Assembly: GCA_043228905.1 (NCBI GenBank)
Contig: JBHGNT010000021.1
Location: 8,432,001-8,496,000, forward strand
Length of the DNA: 64,000 nucleotides
DNA from: Azolla caroliniana
Taxonomy: Eukaryota; Plantae; Polypodiophyta
Reading direction: 5' to 3'
The notes below the pieces were generated by a model. The model was given only the letters and a program-made list of their open reading frames with translations, ran no database searches and had not been told where the DNA came from. Below are positions 40,621 to 51,863 of the stretch, piece by piece. How positions within the stretch are numbered: position 1 is the first letter of the stretch; the number at the start of each line of letters is the position of its first letter. The position numbers and the translations under genes were made by a program.

Positions 40621-40790
40621 CTCTCCCATACAAAAATTTGGCTAGAGTTAAGTGTAGAAGACCTCATGCACATTTAACAAGAGATTACCTTGGAACTCAA
40701 CGTAGTGACCATTGATTGACACATGTGTGTTATTTGTGATCTTCTCCATGCGTGATATTTGTAATATTCGAGAATAGGAAATGGCCTTAA

Positions 40791-40796
<6 letters not shown>

Positions 40797-40825
<29 letters not shown>

Positions 40826-43800
40826 CCAAAAAAAAAACTCCTTCCATTAGTTATAAAATTTTACAAATGAGGCGATTATGTACAAATCCCTAAAGGGACG
40901 CGATAGTTCCATCTAATGTGGAAGCCCACTGACTCAAGAAAGGGAGAGGACGACCATTGTTGGATGAAGGCTATGCGTTGTCTTTCAACTCCCTCGGAGC
41001 CACCTTTAAGGCCATCATATTGGCTCTTCAGAGTGGCTATAATTTCACTCCATATCTCTTGCAGTAACCTTGTTGGATGGGTGGTTTGGTTGGAGAAGAC
41101 TCGCCTACATCGTTGTTTCCATAGAATCCAAAGGGTTATTGGGCTGACCAATTCCAACACCTCTTGAGATTGGTCATTAAGAGGAAAATAGTGGACATTG
41201 TTGTTGGAGGAGAAAAGAACCTCTTGTGCTTTTATCACCAAAGTCATCCCCTCCTCCTGATGCTTGTATCGGCCAATTGCAGCCTGCCATGATAGCCAAC
41301 ATATATTTCCCCACTTGATTGAACCTTGCACCTGGCATAATTGCAATAAGCGGCCAACCCCCCGCCATGTTCTATGGGACGTTGGGCAGTCCCACAGAGC
41401 GTGTCGTATGGATTCTACTGAATGTGGGCACTCTACACAATTAGGAGAGTTAAGGTTCCCACGTTGCCATGCTCCCACTGGTAGGGACTTATGTATTAAC
41501 AACCATTGGAAAGTGGTAATTCGCCTCGCGTGTTGTTGCTTCCAGATTTTCTGCCAAAACTTGGTGATTATTGCGGAGGGAACTTGAAATGTGTGCCAGA
41601 CCTTTGCAGCAGCCGGTTCTCGGGCGGCTTGAGCAGCTAGAATGTGGCGACCCAATCTAGTTGTGAATTGGAAGAAAGGGATGGGTTTGCTTCCTTGCCC
41701 CGCGTAGGGATCACGCCATGTCCATTGCAAAGGGTCCCAACTGACCTTACGCAGCCATGTGTTTTCATGAGTACATATATGCCAATCGGGTTGTACTTTG
41801 ATCGGATCAGGATCTACAATCCATTTATGACCAATGTACGCGAGTACTCGAATGGCGTTGTTCTGTGTGGGTGTCTCAGTGTCTCTCACTTCATGGCCTT
41901 CGAGCATGTCTGGTGATCCCCTACCTCTCGGGATCAAAGAGCCCTCCTCCTTGTGGCCTATCCATTTCTCCATTGTCGTCCTTTGAGTAGCAGAGTCCCT
42001 AATCAGTAGCGCGTTAATGATTTCCGATCTCATAGTCCATCCGCCCCTAATTCCATGGAATATGTTCGCTTAATCTTGTAGTGGCATTGACATAAACCGT
42101 CGCCAACATTCAATACTTTTGCCTGGACCTTCTGCAATGTATCCCCATGACAACCCCTTACGTGATCCCAGTAGTTGATTAGATTCATCCTTGAGACATG
42201 GGTTCCATAGGATACGTTGACTGAGCCAGGCAGGTTTGGATCTTGGTTGATCACACTGGAGCCCCTGACGAATGTCACACCATGCCTTCCACATGGATGC
42301 ACTGAATCTGTCCTCCAAATGGCAGGAGAAACTCGGTTTGAGATCCATGTTTAGAATCCATCCCGTTTGGGGGGCCCAATTGACCCCTTTTCGTGGCTTA
42401 AAGTAAGCGAAACGTAACCTCAGTAGCATTTTCCAACAATCATTTCCTGGTTGGAGTCCTCGCACCACAAATTTGGCAAGTAAGGCTTTCGATTGTGAAA
42501 GGGGATCAATAAGACCCAATCCCCCTCTCGACTTAGGCGTTGTGAGTATAGGCCACGCCACCTTGGCGCGAGCTACATGGTCTTCCTTACCAAACCAAAT
42601 GTAGTTGCGGACCAGTCGTTGAATTTGATGTATACTTTCCTTGGAGATTGTCCATCATGATAGATTGTACCATGCTGTTGTGAGGAGTACCTGATTTGCC
42701 ACTATGATGCGACCCGCTAGTGACAATTTTTTAGAGCTCCAATGTATCAACTTTTGTCGAATGGAGAGGATAACGGGTGCAATCATAGTCTTCGGCGGTA
42801 TGTTGAAGCCAATTTGGAAGCCCAAATATTTGGTGCTCGCTCCTTGATTGATCCACTTGAAAGCGGGGTGAGGGTGCCACGCCGGATGTGTTTCCTGAGA
42901 AAGCCATATTGCACAGGATTTGTGCCAATTGATCATGGCGTTGGATCACTTGCAAAATAGAACTAACCCACTTTCTAGCTTTTGGAGGTTGTCCAGGTCC
43001 CCTTGCAGGTAGACTGCTGTGTCATCTGCAAATTCTATATGTAGGATGCTTTGGTAAGAATGAGGTATGGGAAGACCACGTAGGTTGAGATGCCGCGAGT
43101 TGAGAAAGCAAGAGAGTGCTTCGGCGTATAATAGAAATAAGGATGGAGCTAGTGGACATCCCTGCCGTACAGAGCGGGATATTCGGAAAAAGGGGCCCCT
43201 TTCACCTGCTAGCGAAACACAACTGCTGCCATTCCTATAAAATCTTGCAATGCCTTTGATCCATGTCTCTTGAAAGGCGAGTTTCCTCATCACACTTTCT
43301 AGAAAATTCCAGCATACCCTATCATAGGCTTTCTCAAAATCTAGTAGCACCACCGCTACCTTCTTGTTGGTTTGCTTGGCAAGGGCTACTGCTTCCCAAA
43401 ATGAGAAGAGGTTGTCTAGGATGCTCCGATTTCTAACGAAACCTGTCTGTGACGGATGAATGAGTTGAGGAAGAAGTGGAGTTAAACGCCGTGCCACGAT
43501 TTTTGCAAGCAGCTTATAGACAGTATTGAGAAGAGTAATGGGCCGCCATTTGTGAATGTCGTTGGCATTCCCACCACTTTTAGGAATGAGATGTATCATC
43601 CCCTGTCCAAATTCCTCTGGCATGCTTCTAGAGGTGATGATCTCCTCATATGCCTGGAGGAGGTCTTCTTTAATAGTGCCCCAAAGGCATGTGAAAAAGT
43701 GTGGGGTGAGACCGTCAATTCCGGGGCAGCTCTCAACATCTAAATAAGTGAGGGCCTCCCATATCTCAATGATTGATAGAGGGCGCACAAGCCAGGTATT

Positions 43801-46684
43801 CATTTCCGGTGTGACTTTCTCGGGTATGCTTTGGAGGATAATATCATCGCTTATGTCTTCCTCTGTAGCTATCATGTCTTCGGTAAGTAGGCGGCTATAA
43901 CCTTGTGGCAATATTCCTCATTTCGTCGCCATCCTCAGTGGTTGTTCCATCCTCCCGGTTGAGGCTGTGCATCACAGTTCTAGCGTGTCTCGGGCCTTTG
44001 GAGCGGAAGAATTCCTTTGTGGTTTTGTCCCCTACTCGAATCCATCGCGCCATGCTGCCATGAAACTCCATGCCATATATTGCCTTTTCTGCCATGCTAA
44101 GTTCCTGTTTGGCCGTGGCGACTTGTCCTGCGATCCAACTACGGGATGGGTATCTCTGTTGGAGGCGTTGTAAGGCTATTAGTCCCCGTTTTGTCCTCTG
44201 TCGCTTCTCCTGAGCATCCATGCGTCTGGTCTTGACAATCTCATGTAGGAGAGTAGAGGCTCTTCTTAATTTAGCTAAAGGTTTGTCCGATGCTGATGAG
44301 CCATTGACGGGTAATGACCATTGGTTGGATAGTTGGTCCTTCACGTCTATAAGTGTGTAAATAGTGTGTGGGATGCGAGTCTGGAATGGGCCCCATTTTC
44401 TGTGCAATTGAAAATGACCAGCTACCGGGTAATGGTCAGAGAAAGTCGTGCCTGGAGTTATGCGACACCACCCTCCCTTCGCTTCTAAAGCCTCCCCCAC
44501 ATAAATGCGGTCAATGCGAGATAGGGTGGGTCTACTAGTCTGCCCGTCTGATCGGGAGAATAGGAGAGAGTCCCTTTTTCGTTGGAAGTTGGCAGAATGC
44601 CAGATGTCTCGTAGGTTAAGGTGGACACATAGCTTCTCCCATTGTTTGCGTTCCCTTCCTTGTAGGACTATGGGGTTGTTGTTGGAACTATCATGAATGG
44701 ATTCGATCATATTAAAATCCCCTCCAATGCACCACTCTTCCGCACCCACTACTTGTAGGCGGATGTGGTCCCAGAATGTTGCTCTTTCTGTTCTGTTGTT
44801 TGGAGCATAAACATTCATGAAGTTCCATCGTTGCCCTTGGATGGTCAGCGTGCAAAAATGTGCCCTACCAAGTATAAGTGATTCTTGGTGTATTAATCCC
44901 TGGGCTAGATGTTCCCGAATCAAAGTGCAAATACCACCATGATTTCCATCCTCCCCAATTGTTGGCTCCCAAATCGTTCGCCATGATCTTGGTAGAAGGT
45001 CTCCGACTTCCTTTAACTGTGTGCTATCGAGGTGGTGTTCCTGCAACATGATGATGTCAGCACCACTCCGTAGTAAATGTTCTTCAAGATCCCTTCTCAG
45101 TTTCCATCTATTTTGTTGGTCTAGTCTACTTCTGAGTCCTTGCACGTTCCATGTTATAATCTTCATACTCATGGAATGGGGTGGGAGGTTGCCAGTTGTG
45201 CCTGGTGCTTCGTACAACAGGTCGTGAGTGGGGAGCACTCACCTTTTAGACATCCAAACATTTCCAGGGATGGAATAGTGGTCCACATCCATGATTGGAG
45301 TTTGTGGGCTATCTTGTGGGCTTCAATCGCCCCTTCATGCTTCTCATAGAAATAGATAAAGCTTGGAGTTAGTTGGGTGTTTATGATAGTCCGCAGGTGG
45401 ATGTGGCAAAGATGGGGGTCCTCTTCATCCATGGTGCACCAGAATTCAGTGTTATGCCAATGTTGCTTTAGTTCATTCATGAGCTCTTCATCTCTTATTT
45501 GTGCTACAAAGCACGCTGCTTGGTTACATAACATATCTTTAATCTTGGATTTCGATCAATCTTCCTGAGTCGAAAGCAAGAGTGGAAAGGAGATTGAGGT
45601 CGTCGGAACTCCGTTATTGTGCACCGTTGATACATGTACCCTTATTTTTTCCACTGCCTTGGGCCCTATACCTAGCCATTTCAAGGCGTTTTGTGGGTGT
45701 GGTTCAAGGGTATTGGCTAGAGGAAGCACACTCATTTGTGTCCGGGACGACTATGATTTGAGGCGTGACATTCAGACTTCTGCCTTGGGTTGCTTCTTCT
45801 GCAGTGGGTGTCGTTCCACTCAAGCTCCTTATTAGGGTCTTTACATGACTTATTCGTCTGCGTTTCCCTGTTTTGTAAGCTTTAACGAGAACTTTCTCTT
45901 GGGTGCTTGGTGTCACCTTAGGTCGTTCCTTTGGGCTTACGAAAGAACTAGGGGAATGCTCATCTGTGGGGGGGGAGCTCTTGTAGTAGATCAAAGCGAT
46001 TGGGGCTCATAGGCGATGGAGGATTTTGTGCCGGTGATGTTTTCCGAAGGACATGGGTTTTTTCCACCACTCGCCATTCCATCACAGCCTTGTTGGGTCG
46101 TGGAGGGGGAGGCTTTTGATGTCTTATGGTATCCTGACCTTCCAAAGTCTCCTTTGTAGGATCTTTAATACGTCTTGTGGGGCAATTCTTTTTTAAATGA
46201 CCTAGTTTTTTGCATGCAAAACATTGCCCCGGTGCGCCAATCACTTCTATGCGTTCAATTCGCATTCCGTTTTTCTCAGGAATGAGGATCTTGGAGGGAA
46301 GTTTATTGATGTCCTGCACCAAGAGGCGGATAGAGGGAGGGCCTAGGTAGGAAGTAGCATGTTGTATTCTAAGGATAGTCCAGGAAACAACATTGTTACC
46401 TTTTTCATGGAGTCATCCTGTTGTGCGGCTCGAAGGTTGGGTTTCACTCCTCGAAGGTTGGGTTCACTCCTCAAACAGTGTGTGTGGGGGGGGGCCTCTA
46501 ACTACAGTTTCACTCCTCGAAGGTTGGGTTCACTCCTCGAATAGTGTGTGTGGGGGGGGGCCTCTAACTACACTCCTCGAACAGTGTGTGTGTGGGGGGG
46601 CCTCTAACTACACTCCTCGAAGGTTGGGTTCACTCCTCGAACAATGTGTGTGGGGGGAGCCTCTAACTACACTCCTCAAACTGT

Positions 46685-46715
<31 letters not shown>

Positions 46716-47071
46716 GCGTTCACTCCTCAAAACCTGCTCCTCCTCGAACAGTGGGGGAGGTGTGAGAGGAAACCCTAAAGGATGGCCTCCTCACGAAACT
46801 GAGGAGGGTGATGCAGCAGCGGCGGTGAGGAGAGGCGCTCCGGCTCCAGCCCTTGCTCCTGCTCCTGCTCCTGCTCCTGCTCCGATCCCTGCTCCTGCTC
46901 CGCTGCCTACAGGCACGAGTCAGCCCTCTAGCGCTGCTGCTCTGCTGTGCCGGGCGGGTCTCCTGGTGAGACGCCCACACCGCAAACCTCCGTCGGGGGT
47001 TGGCGCGCCGCTCTGCTGCACCCGCTCTTGAGGTCTTCCAACACTACTATTTTAAACCTTGGATTGTGGAA
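40797..47071 (-). mobile_element. L1-clade LINE with 18-bp TSD; ORF1 partly deleted, ORF2 (EN-RT-zf-RVT) frameshifted
   Basis: TSD AAATGGCCTTAAGAATAT at 40779-40796 and 47072-47089; (TA)n 3' tail; zinc knuckle CFACKKLGHLKKNC; EN (ITWNVQG, LQEHH, GGDFN, RIDRIY, SDH); RT (DFEKAYD, VRQGCPL, FADD); CVEC..ESIRHALWDC; tandem repeats in the 5' UTR at 46420-46750. Confidence 0.95.
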
Positions 47072-47225
47072 AAATGGCCTTAAGAATATTATAAAACCAT
47101 TCGTTTTGCAAAATAAATCTATATAATAAAAATGAAGTAATTCACTAAAAAAAGAACAATCACTTATTAATAGATTATAAAAATATGATTGTGCCAAATC
47201 TCCTTTTTAGTCTCAATTAAAAATA

Positions 47226-49121
47226 GGGAAAAGTACCAGGATACCCATGAAAGTTCGTCTATTTACCAGAATGCCCCTGGAAGTTCGAAATTTACTAAAC
47301 TATCCCTATGTCCAAAAAAATACACTTTATAAAGTAATTATACACTCAAATCTACAAGCCCTATTTACTAGAATACCCTTCAAACACAATTTTCTTTACT
47401 TAAAGGGATTCTTTTAGTGGTATCCTGGTACTTATTCCTACGACTGTAGCAACTCCCACAGATTGGGAAGAAGCTTTCCAATTCCACATCATTAATAATA
47501 CTCATAATAACACTAACTCCTCTTTAGCTTGCTTTTCTCCTCATGATCTCAAGAAATATAATCAGCCTTTAATCCATGTGAGTAAGAACAATATAGACAA
47601 CTTGGGCAGCTTTAATGGAAGCTTGAGTGTGAACTTTGCCGCCATTGTGCTGCCTTTGTTGCCGCATGGCAATGGCTCCATGGCCGCCGCCATTCTAGCC
47701 CTTCCCCCGTCGCTTCCTCTGCCCACCACCACCACCACCACCATCTGAATCATGCTTCCGCCCACCCTGCACATCTTCATCTCCTCCAATCGCCGTCGTC
47801 GCCTAATGCTATGCTTAATCTCACCAGCCTTAACAACGCCGCCATCGTTTAGAGTCTGACTGATGAGGATGTGATCAGGCCGCCCTGGACCTTCAAGGCT
47901 GTCAGCATCAGCAGCACAGCCGGCGATTCCCGCTTCAAATCCGAAGCCATGGATTGAATGATCAGTAACACTACTAAGGTGTCATCCCTGACTTAGAATC
48001 CTACCAATCTCCGCCAAATTGAAGTTACAATTATTGATCCGGAAATCCCTCCCCGCGATCAATTGCCATCGCTCTTCGATGAACTAGACCTATGCAGCCT
48101 CAATGCTCGCATGGTGGAGGCGCATCTCCCTCGCCCATGCCTGCGGCCGCCGTCGCTTGTACGTCTCGCCGCCTCTTGTGATCCCATTCACAAATAGCTT
48201 GGTACTCCTAATGGGGCATTGATTGACACCTTCCAAAAGATTCTTCGCCATTTCGCAGCCCCATTCAAATAAAGTCCAAGACAAGGTCCTGCAGGATCGA
48301 ATTGTAATCCGCAATCATAGAATGGAATAGGGCTGCCCCAATCTGCAGGGTGAGGAAGACGTCAATTCCCACAGCACAGGCATGGAGCCAGCTACGACGA
48401 AGATGGCGATGCCGCGATGCAACGATGGAGGAGGAGGTGCCTGAACTACAACATTACCATCACCACATTTATCATCATCACCATCATTATCACCATGGTG
48501 GACCTGCTGGGGACGAATTCACTGGCTCTGACCTAAATGACGAGGAACATTATGCAAAGGCAACATCAGTATTGGAGCTTGACTATAAAGATTATGGGAG
48601 CTCAAGGAGGATGAGCTCGGGCTGTGCGAGTAGTCAAAGCTCTAGCCGACCTAGGCGGCATTCAGGCAACGACTACGTTCAGATGTCTCGGAGAAGACCC
48701 GATCTTTTCTTCCATGGAACTGCCTACATAGATCAATACACCAATGGCGATATTGTAGAGCGTAATAATTTCCCGCCCGAATCAGAATCCGTGCCCACAA
48801 AAGTCGCTCCCATGGATCCTCAAAGGTGCAGAGAATGTGGAGGCGGAAGTATTGAGGAGGTAATTATGGAAGGAAAGTCTGATAATTATGATGAGCAGAT
48901 GAGTTGCAGAAATAAGTACCAAGATACCCTTGGAAGAATCCCTTAAGTAAAGAAAATTGTGTTTGAAGCGTATTTTGGTAAATAGGGCTTGTAGATTTGA
49001 GTGTATAATTACTTTATAAAGTGTATTTTTTTTGGACATAGGGGTAGTTTGATAAATTTGGAACTTCTAAGGGCATTCTGGTAAATAGACGAACTTCTAA
49101 GGGTATCCTGGTACTTTTCCC
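47226..49121. mobile_element. Pack-MULE-like non-autonomous Mutator element
   Basis: ~220-bp TIRs (47226-47445 and 48902-49121) beginning GGGAAAAGTACCAGGATACCC; perfect 9-bp TSD TTAAAAATA (47217-47225 and 49122-49130); no transposase; GC-rich gene-like interior. Confidence 0.93.
48425..48946 (+). CDS. His-rich ORF (173 aa from first ATG) inside the Pack-MULE; probable captured gene fragment(s), function unknown
   Basis: Open frame MEEEVPELQHYHHHIYHHHHHYHHGG..SSSRPRRHSG..; its stop codon lies inside the right TIR. Confidence 0.4.
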   Translation: MEEEVPELQHYHHHIYHHHHHYHHGGPAGDEFTGSDLNDEEHYAKATSVLELDYKDYGSSRRMSSGCASSQSSSRPRRHSGNDYVQMSRRRPDLFFHGTAYIDQYTNGDIVERNNFPPESESVPTKVAPMDPQRCRECGGGSIEEVIMEGKSDNYDEQMSCRNKYQDTLGRIP

Positions 49122-51445
49122 TTAAAAATATCCTTAAATTTTGGGAGTCTAAAAATGGGGGCTTTTATGAACCTTTATTTAATTTTATTGATTTATTATT
49201 TTATTGATTTTTAAAAAAGCAAAATTTTTTACATCTATTATAGAAATATGATTAGTGTCAAGTCCCCTTTTTAATATAAGATAAACATATCCATAAAATT
49301 TAGGAGAGTAAAAAGGGGGAGTTAATGAACCTTTATTTTATCTTATTTATTATTTATTATTTATTAAAAATAAAACGAATACTTTTACATCTATTATAAA
49401 AATATGATTAGTGGCAAGTCCCCTTTTTATTGTCAAGTAGAAATATCCCCTTTTTTATAACTATGAGACGGAAAAGCAAGGAGTTTATGAACTTTTGTTT
49501 TTTGAAGGAATACTTTTTCATGCATATTCGTATTTGCATGCATTCGTGGGGGATGTCCCATGAATGCAAATATGTCAATGTGTGACAGTGACTAAAGAGA
49601 TAGACCTATCGACCAAATGAGCTAAAGGCACCCTAGAGAGATGTTATAGAGATATAGATATTCCTAGAAGAGTGCTCGGAATTCCATAACGACATTATAT
49701 TAGTGTACATGGAAGTGTAAGAATTAGACCAAATCAAAGCACATGAACATGACCAGGAGGTGTGCACATCAACCCTCATAGATGCAACAAGCATGCGAGC
49801 CTTTGGCTTTGGTAATGACACCACTAATTGCTAACTAGATTCCCATGCTAATAGGCTAGACATGAGATCCACACACAAGAAATCTAAAATATGGAGACTA
49901 CAACAATGAAGACCAAAACAACCACTCCAAAACTAGTCACAAACATATAGCCATAGAAAGATTGTTGACTCTAATGGATTGCACTCCGTTCATAGTCATG
50001 CCAACAACAACAATAAAAAAGCACCTCGTTTTATGAGTGCTAGTGATGCTTATGACACATAGAATAGTTCAAACATACGACACTAGCTTATGGACCAATC
50101 TTAGCCGGGATAAGAAATTAGAATCGTGCTCTTTTGGCCTCATGTTATTGAACCAAGATGGAATTTGGTTTTCAATCCTTTTGAATGAATTCCTTTTACA
50201 TAAATCGAAGAAATTTAACCAACTTCATGAGAAGAGAAACAAATAGAATCCCATTGATCAACTCTTCTCTCTCAAGGAAAAATTTCAAATAGTTGGTTTA
50301 AGATTATATCCACCGAACTAAAATCTACACAATAGGTGTGAAACAATTGACAAGATAATTGACAAAAAACAAATAAATTAGTTGATCCTGGGTTATTAGC
50401 CCCCACACTACAGAACATCCTAAATAGCTAGCCATTGCCAAAATTCTAATGATGTATGTTTTGTATTCGTGAAGTTTGAAGACTCAATGAAAACATTAAA
50501 AATTCCTATTAAGGCAACGAGAAATCATAGGAGACAAATTTGCATCCTCCCATGGGCCATGTCCATGACCATGAATCAAACGAAGAAAGTAGAATAACCC
50601 TATGAATATGCCATTTGTGAGAACATAATGTTTCCTTATGTGTCAAGGCCACCGAATTGGGCAAGAGTGTTCATTATTACAATAACGACGATGGCAATTT
50701 GGTGATTGATTTAAGGTGTTGGGCATGCTTGGCCTTGAAAGCAATTGGAAGGCCCCTAATGGGCAAAAATACTCTTTCCTATGTTGTCTCTTCATATGAG
50801 AAGACCAATCCCATCAGTCATCTTGGAACAATAATTGCCATTACCTAGAATCATGGCACACCTTGCAAAACAAAAGGTCCAACCTGATGGTGAACATGAC
50901 CAAGTAGAAGCACTAGAAACTACACACTTTGAGGCTAGTGACACTAGTTTCTTACAAGTTACTACCGTTGATGGTAAATGGTATCACCAATCAAGTTATA
51001 CTTGATATCTAAGCATGAGTCAATATCATTAGCTATGAATGTTGGTAGAAGTGGGACAATGCAAAGATGGCGTTTACAAATGCATGAAATCCGCATTGCC
51101 AATGGCTCGAAACAATGCTTAGAGGGCATGGACTTAGATGATCCTTTCACGATATACAACATTGTTGTGATATGGCATGTGCAAAGGGAGAAAACTACCA
51201 AGAAGTCAAGTTTGGCAATAGTTGGTGAAGATTAAATATAACTATATGACATAGGTTAGATGTAAAGAGTAACCATGGGAATGAAAAGGTCGAGGGTTCA
51301 ATACCCACTAAAGGGGATAGGGGGGGAAAGATGAGCTACAATGCATGTGGCAAAAATGATGGTAGATACTAGATAAACATATGGCAAATGTGAGTATATT
51401 GATGTACATTTTGCCAAAACCAAGGACCCATGCAAGGATAAGGAC

Positions 51446-51863
51446 AAGTGCATGCTCAAAAGGGAAAGTGATGGTGCATGTTAAAAGACATAGTTCTATT
51501 TTTATATGAGAAGAGACCTCCAACATGATGTATATTGGTCAAGAGCTCATTGGGTTCACTATTTTTTATGAATTTGAACTCCTAAGCTCGACAAGAAACC
51601 AAATCATGGGATAATGAATCATGAGGGCATTTGGGAGGCCTATGATGTTTGAAGAAGTGCATGCTCAAAAGGGAAAGTGATGGTGCATGTTAAAAGAGAT
51701 AATTCTATTTTTATATGAGAAGAGACCTCCAAAATGATGTATAGTGGTCAAGAGCTCATTGGGTTCACTATTTTTTATGAATTTGAACTCCTAAGCTTGA
51801 CAAGAAACCAAATCATGGGATAACGAATCATGAGGGCATTTGGGAGGGCTATGATGTTTGAAG
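51446..51863. repeat. 209-bp tandem duplication
   Basis: 51446-51654 and 51655-51863 are near-identical. Confidence 0.9.

Noticed and set aside
46393-47031. 212-aa plus-strand Pro/Ala-rich ORF
   Set aside because: It is the antisense of the repetitive GC-rich L1 5' region, with no independent gene features.
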